A DNA stretch of 64,000 bases from an uncultured Acetobacteraceae bacterium. GTDB lineage: Bacteria > Pseudomonadota > Alphaproteobacteria > Acetobacterales > Acetobacteraceae. Numbering within the stretch: position 1 is the first letter of the stretch; each line of letters starts with the position of its first letter. The translations under genes and the position numbers were made by a program. Of the stretch, positions 46,567 through 56,656 are shown one piece after another. The notes below the pieces were generated by a model. It was not told the DNA's origin and made no database searches. It saw only the letters and a list, made by a program, of their open reading frames with translations. The stretch is from positions 14,432 to 78,431 of the forward strand of contig CALMVI010000105.1 of assembly GCA_937873095.1 (NCBI GenBank), read 5' to 3'.

Positions 46567-48243
46567 ATGCACGCCGGCAGCCTGTCCGAGCCCGCGCCTG
46601 CCCCGGCCGAGACGGCCGGATGGAATTTCGCGGATCTGTGGGAGACGGTGGCGGACGCGGTTCCGGACCGGGTCGCGCAAGTGCAGGGTGGCCGGCGAAT
46701 CCCATGGCGTGACTTCGAGCGGCGGGCGGCCGGTGTGGCGGCGGCGCTGCTGGCGGCCGGGCTGAGGCGGCAAGACAAGGTGGCGCTCTACCTGCACAAC
46801 GCGCCGGCCTATCTGGAAAGCGCGTTCGCGGCGATGAAGGCGGGGTTCGTCCCGGTCAACACCAATTACCGCTACACGGGCGACGAGTTGGTCCATCTGT
46901 GGACGGATGCCGATGCCGCCGCGGTGGTATTCCACGGTGCCTTCGCGTCCCAGGCCGAGGCGGTGCGGCGGCACTGCCCTGGCGTGCGGGCCTGGCTGTT
47001 TGTGGAAGACGGCACCAGCGACTGCCCGCCCTGGGCGAGTGCTTACGAGGCGGCGGCGCAATCGGCGGATCGCTCGGTCGGGCCGCCGGCGGCGCCACGA
47101 GGCCGCAGCGGCGACGACCAGGTCCTGATCTACACTGGCGGCACCACGGGCCTGCCGCGCGGCGTGATGTGGCGCCAGCACGACCTGTTCCTCGCGTCCA
47201 ACACGACAGGCGACCCGGAGGTGGCCGATCACGGCCATGTCCGGCGCCGGCTGGAAGGCGCGTCCCCGCCGGTCGGGCTGCCGGCAGCGCCGCTGATGCA
47301 CGGCACCGGCTTCGTCTTCGCCGCGACCATCCTGAACCGCGGCGGCACTGTCGTGACCCTGCCGGAAAGATCGTTCGCCGCGGCGTCCCTGCTGGACGCG
47401 ATCGTGCGGGAGGGTGTGACGGACGTCTGCATCGTCGGTGACGCGTTCTGCCGTCCCATGGTCGATGCCCTGGACCAGGCGCCAGGGCGGTGGGATCTGT
47501 CGCGTCTGAAAGTGGTGTCCTCGTCCGGCATGGCCTGGAGCGCCAGTGTCAAGCAGCGTTTGTTGGTGCATGCGCCGGGCGCGCTGCTGATCGACTTCCT
47601 CAACGCCAGCGAAGCGAGCGGCATGGGCCGCGCGCTCACCTCGTCGAGGAAGACCGATAGCGGCGGGCGTTTCCAGCTCGGCAGGAACGCTTGCGTCCTG
47701 GGCGACGATGGCAGGCCGCTCGCTCCCGGCGCTACCGTGCCGGGACGGCTGGCAGTGCGGGGGCACATCCCCCTCGGCTACTACAAGGACCCGGCGAAGA
47801 CCGCGGCGACCTTCCCGGTGGTCGATGGCGTGCGCTACGCCGTGCCGGGCGATCTGGCGACGATAAACGCCGATGGCGGCATAACGCTGCTCGGCCGCGG
47901 CTCGGGTTGCATCAACACGGGCGGCGAAAAGGTGTTCCCCGAGGAGGTGGAGGACGCGCTGCGCGCGTGTCCCGGCGTGTTCGACGCGGTGGTGGTGGGC
48001 GTTCCGCATTTGCGCTTCGGCCAGATGGTCGTGGCCGCCGTGCAGATGGCGGACGACGCGGCCTGGGACGAGGCGCCGCTGCTCGACGCGTTGCGCCTCC
48101 GTCTCGCCGGCCACAAGGTTCCGCGTGCAATGATGCCGGTCGATACGGTCGGACGAGGGCCGAACGGCAAGGCCGACCGTCCCGGGGTGACGCGCCGCAT
48201 CGCCGCCTGGCTGGACGAGCGAACACCGCAGAGGAGAGGATGA
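46567..48243 (+). CDS. AMP-forming acyl-CoA synthetase
   Basis: 558 aa with ..LIYTGGTTGLPRGVMWRQHDL.. and ..INTGGEKVFPEEVE.. Confidence 0.85.
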   Translation: MHAGSLSEPAPAPAETAGWNFADLWETVADAVPDRVAQVQGGRRIPWRDFERRAAGVAAALLAAGLRRQDKVALYLHNAPAYLESAFAAMKAGFVPVNTNYRYTGDELVHLWTDADAAAVVFHGAFASQAEAVRRHCPGVRAWLFVEDGTSDCPPWASAYEAAAQSADRSVGPPAAPRGRSGDDQVLIYTGGTTGLPRGVMWRQHDLFLASNTTGDPEVADHGHVRRRLEGASPPVGLPAAPLMHGTGFVFAATILNRGGTVVTLPERSFAAASLLDAIVREGVTDVCIVGDAFCRPMVDALDQAPGRWDLSRLKVVSSSGMAWSASVKQRLLVHAPGALLIDFLNASEASGMGRALTSSRKTDSGGRFQLGRNACVLGDDGRPLAPGATVPGRLAVRGHIPLGYYKDPAKTAATFPVVDGVRYAVPGDLATINADGGITLLGRGSGCINTGGEKVFPEEVEDALRACPGVFDAVVVGVPHLRFGQMVVAAVQMADDAAWDEAPLLDALRLRLAGHKVPRAMMPVDTVGRGPNGKADRPGVTRRIAAWLDERTPQRRG

Positions 48244-49058
48244 CCGATACCGAACCGCATGTCCTGTTCGAAAAGCGGGATGGCATCGCCTATGTGACGC
48301 TGAATCGGCCGCAAAAGCGCAACGCTTTCTCGCCGGAAATGATCGTCCGCCTCGTCGATGTCTGGCGCGACGTGGCCGACGACCCTGCAATCAGGGTCGC
48401 ATTGCTGACCGGCGCGGGCGACCAGGCGTTTTCGTCGGGCGGCGACCTCGGCACCACCATTCCGCTGATGATGCGCACGCGCGCGCCGGTGGGCGAGTGG
48501 GAGGAGCGGTTCTCCGCCGACCGCAAGCAGTTGTACGGCGCCATCCTGCGCAACGCCACGTTCTTCAAGCCGGTGGTGGCCGCGATCAACGGCCATGCGC
48601 TGGCGGGCGGCGCCGAGATGGTGCTCGGCACCGACATACGGGTGATGTCGAGCGAGGCGACCATCGGTGTCACGGAGGTGCGGCGCGGGCTGATTGCCGG
48701 CGGGGGGTCGCTGGTGCGGCTGGCGCGCCAGGTGCCCTGGGCGCTGGCGATGGAGCTGGCGCTGGTCGGCGAGCCAGTCAGCGCCGCGCAGGCGCTGGCG
48801 ATGGGCCTGGTCAACCGCGTCGTGCCGCCGGACCGGGTGGTGGCGGAGGCCGAAGCCTTTGCACGCCGTATCAGTCTGGGAGCGCCCGTCGCGCTGGCCA
48901 AGACGAAGGAGGCGATGGTGCGCTCCAGCGGGCGGCCGTTCGACGAGGCGTTCGCCATCGAGGCGCAGTGCACCAAGGACAACGCTGCGACGGGGGACGC
49001 GAAGGAGGGGCCGCGGGCGTTCATGGAGAAGCGGGCGCCGGTGTTCAGCGGAAGATAA
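48240..49058 (+). CDS. Enoyl-CoA hydratase/isomerase (crotonase) family protein
   Basis: ATG 48240 overlaps the upstream TGA. 272 aa with ..AFSSGGDL.. and ..KPVVAAINGHALAGGAEM.. Confidence 0.85.
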   Translation: MTDTEPHVLFEKRDGIAYVTLNRPQKRNAFSPEMIVRLVDVWRDVADDPAIRVALLTGAGDQAFSSGGDLGTTIPLMMRTRAPVGEWEERFSADRKQLYGAILRNATFFKPVVAAINGHALAGGAEMVLGTDIRVMSSEATIGVTEVRRGLIAGGGSLVRLARQVPWALAMELALVGEPVSAAQALAMGLVNRVVPPDRVVAEAEAFARRISLGAPVALAKTKEAMVRSSGRPFDEAFAIEAQCTKDNAATGDAKEGPRAFMEKRAPVFSGR

Positions 49059-49084
49059 GAGTCTTCTTTTCTGAAGAAAAGAAG
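49058..49084. repeat. AT-rich hairpin repeat (AGAGTCTTC-type), copy 2
   Basis: AGAGTCTTCTTTTC-TGAA-GAAAAGAAG forms a 9-bp stem immediately after the crotonase stop. Confidence 0.5.
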
Positions 49085-49134
49085 CAAAAGACTTCTGTCA
49101 GTGCTGTCGCGGACCTGATGAATAAAGGTTTTTG

Positions 49135-49154
49135 GTCCTTTTCAAAAAAAGGAC
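49135..49154. repeat. Second AT-rich hairpin
   Basis: GTCCTTTT-CAAA-AAAAGGAC forms an 8-bp stem, 12 nt upstream of the ADH start. Confidence 0.4.
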
Positions 49155-49165
49155 TGCTTGGAGGA

Positions 49166-50218
49166 ATGATGCGCGGCGTGGTGTTCACCGGCGATAGTAC
49201 TCTCGACCTGGTCGACTTCCCCGACCCCAAGCCCGGGCCGCGGGACGTGGTGCTGGAGATCAAGGCGTCCGGCATGTGCGGCAGCGACCTCAAGCTGTAC
49301 CGTCCGCCGGCAGGTGCCGCGTTCAAGGCGTTGGGCCTGAAAGACAGCGGCGAGCCGGTGATCGCCGGGCACGAGCCCTGCGGGATCGTCGCGGAGGTTG
49401 GGCGGGATGTCGATGCCCGAACCGTCCGCGTCGGCGACCGCGTCACCCTGCACCACTACCAGGGGTGTTGGTCGTGCCGGCAGTGCCGGACGGGATGGAC
49501 GCAGATGTGCGAGCGCACGGCCATCGTCTATGGCGTGACAGGGCATGGCGGCCACGCCCCCTATATGCGCGCCGCCGTCGAGACGCTGGTCGGCCTGCCG
49601 GACGAGGTCTCGTTCACCACCGGAGCGGCGATCTCGTGCGGGACCGGCACGGCGTTCGGCGCGCTGGTGCGTCTGGACGTCTCTGCGCGCGACACGGTGG
49701 CGATCTTCGGCCAGGGTCCTGTCGGGCTGTCCGCGACACAGCTTGCGGCGGCCATGGGCGCGCAGGTGATCGCCGTGGACGTCAGCGCCGAACGTGCGCA
49801 GCGCGCGCAGGAGTTCGGCGCCGCGCATGTGGTGGACGCGAGCAACGAAGATCCGGTGGAGGCGATCCGCGCGCTGACCGGCGGCCGCGGCGCCGGCAAG
49901 GCCATAGACACATCGGGCACCGCACCAGGGCGCTCAGCTTCGGTGCGGTGTGCATCGGCGTGGGGCAAGGTGTGCTTCGTAGGCGAGGGCGGCGAGGTGA
50001 CGCTCAACGTCAGCCCCGAGATCATACGCAAGCAGCTGACCCTGGTCGGGTCCTGGACATTGTCGAACACCGCCCAGGCGGATTGCGTGCGCTTCATCGC
50101 CGAACACGGGCTGGAGGTGGACCAGTTGTTCACCGACCGCTGGACGCTGGACCAGGCGGAGACGGCGTATCGTTCGTTCGACAAGCAGGCGGCAGGAAAG
50201 GGCGTGTTCGTCAGTTGA
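49166..50218 (+). CDS. Zinc-dependent alcohol dehydrogenase (MDR)
   Basis: 350 aa with ..GMCGSDL.., ..GHEPCG.., structural-zinc CWSCRQCRTGWTQMC and Rossmann GQGPVG. Confidence 0.85.
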   Translation: MMRGVVFTGDSTLDLVDFPDPKPGPRDVVLEIKASGMCGSDLKLYRPPAGAAFKALGLKDSGEPVIAGHEPCGIVAEVGRDVDARTVRVGDRVTLHHYQGCWSCRQCRTGWTQMCERTAIVYGVTGHGGHAPYMRAAVETLVGLPDEVSFTTGAAISCGTGTAFGALVRLDVSARDTVAIFGQGPVGLSATQLAAAMGAQVIAVDVSAERAQRAQEFGAAHVVDASNEDPVEAIRALTGGRGAGKAIDTSGTAPGRSASVRCASAWGKVCFVGEGGEVTLNVSPEIIRKQLTLVGSWTLSNTAQADCVRFIAEHGLEVDQLFTDRWTLDQAETAYRSFDKQAAGKGVFVS

Positions 50219-50321
50219 TCATGGAAACGCAAGCAGCCTTCTTGCAAAAGCGTGGCGGGTAGCGATCCGGCGAAAGTGCTTCCGGCGGTTCAAGCCGCGT
50301 TCGATGAGGTTGCGCGGGCGT

Positions 50322-50371
50322 TAGAGCAGGCCGCGTTCAGGTGGAATCACCCGAACGCGTCGATCTGCCAC
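50322..50371 (+). repeat. Palindromic intergenic repeat, copy B
   Basis: 37/47 ungapped identities with copy A. It has an internal hairpin, CGCGTTC-a-GGTG-gaat-CACC-c-GAACGCG. Confidence 0.55.
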
Positions 50372-50605
50372 TTTGAGTCCAGCACCTAGTCTGGACTAGT
50401 CTGGGCTCTCGTCTCGCGAGATTTGCGCGCCACCCTGAAGGGTGCGATTGTCTCTGGTCTGTCCGGCAAGGGATCGACCCTGGCTGCCCGCATCGACCAC
50501 GTGACCGATGCCGCGCCGCCTCTGAACCACAGGCGTCCCCCGACGACAACGCCGATGTCTCGACCTACTCACCTATCGGCAGTCTGTTCTACTTGGGAGT
50601 GATCG

Positions 50606-51952
50606 ATGCCTGTTGAGACGACTGCGACCGGGAGCCAGCGCGCGCCGCCCGCCTGGGCGTCGGCTTGGTGGCGGTTGTTCGAACAGAGGGTCGGCATCGT
50701 TCCTCTGCCGGTATTGCTTTTGCTGGTGCTCGTCACGGCCGGCCTGCTGGCGACGGGCAAGGTCGCATCCGACATGATGGTCAACATCGGCGTGCTGTCG
50801 GTCGGCGGGTTCGTGCTGGCCTGGATCGGCCAGCGCTTGCCCGGGCTGCGGCAGTTCGGCTCCGCGGCCATCGTCGCCATCTTCGTGCCGTCATACCTGG
50901 CCCACGCCCATCTGTTGCCCGCACCGGTGGTGGACTCCATCACGGAATTCACCAAAGCCAGCAATTTCCTCTACCTTTTCATCACCGCCATCATCGTCGG
51001 CAGCATTTTCGGCATGGACCGCCGCACTCTGCTGACCGGCTTCCTCAAGATATTCGTGCCGATCGGCATCGGTTCGGTCGCGGCGGCGGCGGTCGGCACG
51101 CTGGTTGGCATCATGACGGGCTTGGATGCGCGCGACAGCTTCTTCTACGTGGTGCTGCCCGTGATGGCGGGCGGAGTCGGCGAAGGCGCCATCCCGCTTT
51201 CCATCGGTTACGCGGCGCTCGGCCACGGCACGCAGGCGGCGATGTTCGCGCAGGTTCTGCCGCCGGTGATGATGAGCAGCCTGTTTGCCATCCTGCTCGC
51301 GGGCGGCCTGAACGTTCTGGGCCGGCTGCGGCCGCATCTTACGGGAAACGGCAGCCTCGAGCCCAGGGAACAGAACGACCCGACATTGCAGGACTCGTTC
51401 GACCCTGCGGCTCAGGGGAATGTGGACCTGGACACCATCGGTGCGGCGCTCGTCACCGCGGTGATGCTCTATCTCGCGGGCACGCTCGCACAGCGTGCCC
51501 TTGGCTGGCCGGCGCCAGTCGTGATGCTGTTCCTCGCGGTCGGGCTGAAGCTGGCCTACCTGGTGCCGCCCTCTCTGCAACGCGGCGCGTTCGTCGTCTA
51601 TCGGTTCTTCGCGACCGTTGTCACCTACCCGCTTCTGTTTGCGATCGGCGTTGCCATGACGCCGTGGGACAGGCTGACGGCGGCGCTCACGCTGCCCAAC
51701 ATCGTCACCGTGCTGGCGACCGTGTTGACGCTGACCGGAACGGGCTTCGCTGTCGCCCGTTCCGTGAGCATGTACCCCGTCGAGGTCGCCATCATCAGCG
51801 CCTGCCGCTGCGGCCAAGGCGGCACCGGGGATGTCGCCATCCTCAGCGCCGCCAACCGCATAGAGCTGATGCCGTTCGCGCAGATCGCAACGCGCATCGG
51901 TGGCGCTCTGACGGTCACCCTCGCACTGATCCTGCTGGCAAGGTTTGGCTAG
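50606..51952 (+). CDS. 2-hydroxycarboxylate transporter family protein (CitS/MleP/CimH-like)
   Basis: 448 aa with a GGGAG RBS and multiple TMS. The hallmark ..PVMAGGVGEGAIPLS.. is present. Confidence 0.85.
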   Translation: MPVETTATGSQRAPPAWASAWWRLFEQRVGIVPLPVLLLLVLVTAGLLATGKVASDMMVNIGVLSVGGFVLAWIGQRLPGLRQFGSAAIVAIFVPSYLAHAHLLPAPVVDSITEFTKASNFLYLFITAIIVGSIFGMDRRTLLTGFLKIFVPIGIGSVAAAAVGTLVGIMTGLDARDSFFYVVLPVMAGGVGEGAIPLSIGYAALGHGTQAAMFAQVLPPVMMSSLFAILLAGGLNVLGRLRPHLTGNGSLEPREQNDPTLQDSFDPAAQGNVDLDTIGAALVTAVMLYLAGTLAQRALGWPAPVVMLFLAVGLKLAYLVPPSLQRGAFVVYRFFATVVTYPLLFAIGVAMTPWDRLTAALTLPNIVTVLATVLTLTGTGFAVARSVSMYPVEVAIISACRCGQGGTGDVAILSAANRIELMPFAQIATRIGGALTVTLALILLARFG

Positions 51953-51997
51953 AGCCTGATCGATTCGGCTACCAGAAGCGATCTGCTCGCCAAACAA
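51950..51997 (+). repeat. Palindromic intergenic repeat, copy C (short form)
   Basis: GGCTAGAGC head and ATCTGCTCGCC-AAACAA tail, as in copy A. Its TAG is the stop codon of the transporter gene. Confidence 0.5.
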
Positions 51998-52036
51998 ACG
52001 ATGGGCTAGATGTGCAGCGGTGATCGGCCCCGCAGG

Positions 52037-55000
52037 TCAGCGCCTGCCCGACTCCTCGATCAGGCTGCGGACGCGCTTGGCCAGCGCATCCATCTCGAAC
52101 GGCTTGGTCATCATCTGCATGCTGGGGTCGAGGTGGCCGTGGCTGAGCACGGCGTTCTCGGCGTAGCCGGTGATGAACAGCACCTTGAGGTCGCGTCGCC
52201 GCGTCCTGGCAGCGTCGGCGAGCTGTCGGCCGTTCATGCCCCCCGGCAGCCCGACATCGGTGACGAGCAGGTCGATCCGCGCGTCCGATTGCAGTATCTT
52301 CAGGCCGGCCGCGCCGTCCGCAGCCTCGAGCGCGATGTAGCCCAGGCCGTCCAGCACCTCGGCCACCAGCATGCGTATCGTCGGCTCGTCATCGACGACC
52401 AGGACCGTCTCGCCCTGTTCGGCGCGAGGAGCTTCGGCCGGACCGGGCGGGGGCCCGGCGGACTCCACCGCGCCGAGGTGACGCGGCAGATACAGGCATA
52501 CCAGGGTTCCGCGCCCTGTTTCGGAATAGATACGCACCTGGCCGCCCGACTGCCGGACGAAGCCGTAGATCATCGACAACCCAAGGCCGGTACCCTGGCC
52601 GATCGGCTTGGTGGTGAAGAACGGGTCGAACGCCCGGGCCGCCACGTCCGGCGACATGCCGGTTCCGTTGTCGCTGACGCTCAGGGAAACGTATTGGCCG
52701 GGCGGCAGCTCGCGCTCCCTGGCGGCACGCTCGTCCAGCCAGCGGTTCGCGGTCTCTATGGACAGCTTGCCGCCCTCCGGCATGGCGTCGCGCGCGTTGA
52801 TGCACAGGTTGAGCAGCGCGTTCTCGAGCTGGCTCGGATCGACCAGGGTGGTCCACACGCCGCCGCCGGCCACCACCTCGACGGCGATTTCGGGTCCCAT
52901 CGTGCGCCGGATCAGCTCCTCCATGCCCGCCGCCAGGCGGTTCACGTCGGTAGGCTTCGGGTCGAGCGTCTGGCGGCGTGAGAACGCCAGCAGGCGGTGT
53001 GTCAGTGCGGCCGCACGCTTGGCCGCGCCCTGCGCCGCGCTGAGGTAGCGGTCGACGTCGTTGATGCGCCCCTGCGCCACCCGGGCCTGCATCAACTCCA
53101 GGCTGCCGGCGATGCCGGTCAGCAGGTTGTTGAAATCATGGGCGATGCCGCCGGTGAGCTGGCCCACGGCCTCCATCTTCTGGCTTTGCCGCAGCGCTTC
53201 CTCGGCGTTTTCGAGGGCAAGCCGGGCTTCCTTCTCGGCCGTGACGTGCCGGCCATAGGCGTAGACGAGGTCGCCCTCGACCGACGTCCGCCAGGAAATC
53301 CAACGCGGCGTTCCGTCCTTGTGCCGGTAGCGGTTCTCGCAATCCGTCACGCTTCGTGGCGCGGACGGCCGGTCCGGGCGGAGCGGGTCCAATTCGGCCT
53401 CGTCGGACCATGCGAAATCGAGGAAGCTGCGTCCGGCAACCTCCTCCGGCCGGTAGCCGAGCACGGCGGTCCAGGCCGGATTGGCGGCCCGGCATACGCC
53501 GTCGGCGCCGATCACGGCGAGCAGGTCGCGGGAGTTGCGCCAGACGCGATCCCGCTCGGCGGTCCGCTCCTCCACCCTTGCTTCCAGCGTGGCGGCGAGT
53601 TCGCCCAGCGCCTGTTCGGCGCGCCGCCGCTCGGTCGCCGCCCGGGTGCGCTCGGCGACCTCCCTGACAAAGGCCAGGTCCTCGGGCGACCAGGCGCGCG
53701 CGGTCGCGTGGTTGAGGTAGAGCAGTGCGACCAGGCCGCCCTGCTCGGTGACCGGCATGTTGACGGCCGATTGCGCGTTGATCGATTTCAGCGCCTGCGC
53801 GGCGGCCGCCGTGCGGGCGTCCTTTTCGGCGTCGTCGAACGCCACCGTTTCGCCGCGCTTGAGGTCTTCGATGTAGGACCCGTAGTCGCGGAAGCGAAGC
53901 ATGCCGGCAAGGCTCGGCACGCCCGGCATCGTCCAGTCGCGCTCGATGGTCACGGTTTCCGCGACCGCGTCGAACGTGCCGTAGCCGGCGCGGCTCACGC
54001 GCAGCGTGGTGCCGAGCGTTTCGGCCGCTGCGAACGACATCTCCGCGGGGTCGCTCAGCGCGCGAAGCCTGTCGCCGAGGCGCAGCAGGGCAAGCTGCCG
54101 CTCCTCGGCGAGCTTGCGGGCGGTGATGTCGATGGCCGTTCCGATCGCCCGCACGCAGCGCCCGGCCTCGTCGAAAAGTCCGCGTCCCCTCGCCGCCACC
54201 CAGCGGACCAGACCGTCCTCCTTGCCCACCGTGCGGTATTCCACGTCGTAGGTGGCCCGGCGGGCCGGGTCGATGGCGGCGGCGAACTGCCCGGCGACGC
54301 GGTCGAGGTCTTCGGGGTGCAGGCCCGCGTAGAAATCGTCCATGGTGCTCGGGGCAGCGGGCGAGATACCGAACATCGCCTTGGTGCGGTCGGGCCAGGT
54401 CAGCACGTCCGTCGTGAGGTCGAGGTCCCAGGTGCCGATCTCGCCCGCGTCGTTGGACAGCCGCAGCGACTCCTCCCGCAGCGTCCGGTCGAGCTCGGCC
54501 TGGTGCCGCTCGGTGCTGTCCAGCGCGATGCCGGCGATCCGCGCCGGCCGGCCGTCGGGCCCGCGTGCGACCTGGGCCCGCACGTCGACCCACCCTTGCG
54601 AATCGTCCGGGCGGACGACCCGGAACTCGATGTCGTAGTCGGCTCCGGTGGCCAAGGACAGCTCGATCGCCTCCCTCCTGCGGCGGCGGTCGTCCGGGTG
54701 AACCGTCGCTTCGAGGTCCTCGTAGGTGAACGGCTCCGCCGCATCCCGGCCGAAGGCCGCCCGGAAGGTCGCCGACGCGGTCAGCACGCCGGTGCGCAGG
54801 TCCAGCTCCCACACGCCCAGGCGCCCCGCCTCGGTGGCGAAACGCAGGCGCGCCTCGCTCTCCTCCTGCGCGTGCAGCCGGTCGGCGACCTCGGCCAGCA
54901 GTGCCGCGTTCTGGCTTTCCAGCCCGGCCAGCCGCTCCCGCTCCAGCGTGACGTCGACCTGGGATGCGAAGAAATAGGCGAGCGCCCCATCGGCGTCCCT

Positions 55001-55408
55001 GACCGGCGCCACCAGCAGCCGGTTCCAGAACAGCTGCCCGTCCTTGCGCCTGTTGCGGATGTCGATCTCGATGGGCTGTTCGGCGTGGATGGCCGCGCGG
55101 ATGCGGGCAACCGCCTCTGGGTCGGTCTCGGGGCATTGCAGAAAGCGGCAGTTGCGGTTGAGGATGTCCGTCCGCGCGTAGCCCGACAGGCGGCAGAACG
55201 AATCGTTGACGAAGACGATAGGATTGTCCGGCAGCCTTGGATCGGTGATGATCATGGGCATCCGCGTGGCCCGCGCGGCCGCGGCGAACGGATCGGTGGT
55301 GCCGGACGGGCCGGCTAGTTCGGCGGCGATGCGCACCGTGTCGCGGCGAGCGTCCTCCGGACTCAGGCCCGTAGGGGCCTTGCGGGACGACTCGTTGTGA
55401 TCAGGCAA
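52037..55408 (-). CDS. Hybrid sensor histidine kinase/response regulator with an N-terminal LOV domain (LOV-PAS-PAS-GAF-PAS-HisKA-HATPase-REC)
   Basis: 1123 aa. LOV signature: ..[25 protein letters not shown]....[13 protein letters not shown]...KDGQLFWN...Q.DVT... H-box: ..[11 protein letters not shown]... REC: ..[19 protein letters not shown].. Confidence 0.9.
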   Translation of the reverse strand: MPDHNESSRKAPTGLSPEDARRDTVRIAAELAGPSGTTDPFAAAARATRMPMIITDPRLPDNPIVFVNDSFCRLSGYARTDILNRNCRFLQCPETDPEAVARIRAAIHAEQPIEIDIRNRRKDGQLFWNRLLVAPVRDADGALAYFFASQVDVTLERERLAGLESQNAALLAEVADRLHAQEESEARLRFATEAGRLGVWELDLRTGVLTASATFRAAFGRDAAEPFTYEDLEATVHPDDRRRRREAIELSLATGADYDIEFRVVRPDDSQGWVDVRAQVARGPDGRPARIAGIALDSTERHQAELDRTLREESLRLSNDAGEIGTWDLDLTTDVLTWPDRTKAMFGISPAAPSTMDDFYAGLHPEDLDRVAGQFAAAIDPARRATYDVEYRTVGKEDGLVRWVAARGRGLFDEAGRCVRAIGTAIDITARKLAEERQLALLRLGDRLRALSDPAEMSFAAAETLGTTLRVSRAGYGTFDAVAETVTIERDWTMPGVPSLAGMLRFRDYGSYIEDLKRGETVAFDDAEKDARTAAAAQALKSINAQSAVNMPVTEQGGLVALLYLNHATARAWSPEDLAFVREVAERTRAATERRRAEQALGELAATLEARVEERTAERDRVWRNSRDLLAVIGADGVCRAANPAWTAVLGYRPEEVAGRSFLDFAWSDEAELDPLRPDRPSAPRSVTDCENRYRHKDGTPRWISWRTSVEGDLVYAYGRHVTAEKEARLALENAEEALRQSQKMEAVGQLTGGIAHDFNNLLTGIAGSLELMQARVAQGRINDVDRYLSAAQGAAKRAAALTHRLLAFSRRQTLDPKPTDVNRLAAGMEELIRRTMGPEIAVEVVAGGGVWTTLVDPSQLENALLNLCINARDAMPEGGKLSIETANRWLDERAARERELPPGQYVSLSVSDNGTGMSPDVAARAFDPFFTTKPIGQGTGLGLSMIYGFVRQSGGQVRIYSETGRGTLVCLYLPRHLGAVESAGPPPGPAEAPRAEQGETVLVVDDEPTIRMLVAEVLDGLGYIALEAADGAAGLKILQSDARIDLLVTDVGLPGGMNGRQLADAARTRRRDLKVLFITGYAENAVLSHGHLDPSMQMMTKPFEMDALAKRVRSLIEESGRR

Positions 55409-55671
55409 GGCAGCTCTCCGTCAGCGTGTGCTGCCGCTCCCGTTCCGGCGAGGGCGGCGTCGCGGGCAAGCGGCTTGACCGCCCCCCGGCCATCCATCCG
55501 CATATTGATGCGCCTTGCGGATTGCCCAAGGCAAACATTCCAATTCCTTGCGCGGCACGCCCGGCGCCGTCCGGCCCACGCGGGCATTGCGTCCGCGCGC
55601 GCGCTGGGGGAGGACTGACGCGCCCGCCGGCCGCTGGCTGGCATGGGCCACGAACACGGGGAGCGCGCGCG

Positions 55672-56613
55672 ATGACCATGCCGGACGACCGCAGAACGAA
55701 CGATCCCGGCGAACGGCCTGCCGGGCCCGCCCGCTTCCCGCGAACGCTGACCACGTCTCTGCACGACCGCGTCCTGACGATCACGCTCGACCGGCCCGGG
55801 CAGATGAACGCGTTCACCGTGCAGATGGCGTCCGACCTGATCGAAGCCTTCGAGGCCGCCAGCCTGGACGATGCCGTGGGCGCGGTGGTGCTGACGGGCG
55901 CCGGCCGCGCGTTCTGCGCCGGCATGGATCTGGCCTCCGAGGGCAACGTGTTCGGACTGGACGAGCGCCTGTCCCCCACCATGGACGACATGCGCGCCAG
56001 GCTGGACGATCCGGAGATCGTGGCCGGCGTGCGCGACACCGGCGGCCGGGTGAGCCTCGCGATCTTCGAGTGCCGCAAGCCTGTCGTCGCAGCGATCAAC
56101 GGCGCCGCCGTGGGCGTGGGCGCCACGATGACCCTGGCGGCCGATTTCCGCATGGCGTCGGAGCGGGCGCGCATCGGCTTCGTGTTCGGGCGGCTCGGCA
56201 TCGTGCCCGAAGCCTGCTCGAGCTGGTTCCTGCCGCGGCTGGTGGGCATGCAGCAGGCGCTGGAATGGTGCTACACGGCCGACATCTTCGACGCCCAGGA
56301 GGGCCTGCGCGCCGGCCTGCTGCGCTCGGTCCACCCGCCCGAAGACTTGCTGCAGGACGCCCAGGCCTTTGCCGCCAGGCTGATCTCCGGACGCTCGGCC
56401 GTGGCGGTGGCCCTTACCCGGCAGATGCTGTGGCGCAATGCCGCGGCGCCGCACCCGCTGGAGGCGCATCGGGTCGACTCGCTGGCGATGTTGCACACCA
56501 GCCGCGCCGATGGCCGCGAGGGCGTGCGCGCCTTTCGGGAAAAGCGCGAGCCGGTGTTCGCCGGCCGCGCGTCGCAGATGCCCGAGCTTTTCGACACGCC
56601 GCAGCGATCCTGA
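55672..56613 (+). CDS. Enoyl-CoA hydratase/isomerase (crotonase) family protein
   Basis: 313 aa from ATG 55672 with ..AFCAGMDL.. and ..KPVVAAINGAAVGVGATM.. Confidence 0.85.
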   Translation: MTMPDDRRTNDPGERPAGPARFPRTLTTSLHDRVLTITLDRPGQMNAFTVQMASDLIEAFEAASLDDAVGAVVLTGAGRAFCAGMDLASEGNVFGLDERLSPTMDDMRARLDDPEIVAGVRDTGGRVSLAIFECRKPVVAAINGAAVGVGATMTLAADFRMASERARIGFVFGRLGIVPEACSSWFLPRLVGMQQALEWCYTADIFDAQEGLRAGLLRSVHPPEDLLQDAQAFAARLISGRSAVAVALTRQMLWRNAAAPHPLEAHRVDSLAMLHTSRADGREGVRAFREKREPVFAGRASQMPELFDTPQRS

Positions 56614-56656
56614 CGGCCGCGCAACGCGTTACCCGACGAAACCTGGGAGTTCGACC

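Noticed and set aside
46540-48390. 616-aa minus-strand ORF opposite the acyl-CoA synthetase
   Set aside because: No motifs. It is antisense to a gene with AMP-binding signatures.
52997-55318. 773-aa plus-strand ORF, and the 666-aa minus-strand ORF at 53136-55136, overlapping the LOV kinase gene
   Set aside because: Both are low-complexity Arg/Gly/Pro translations of alternative frames. Only the 52037-55408 frame gives LOV, PAS, GAF, HisKA and REC motifs.
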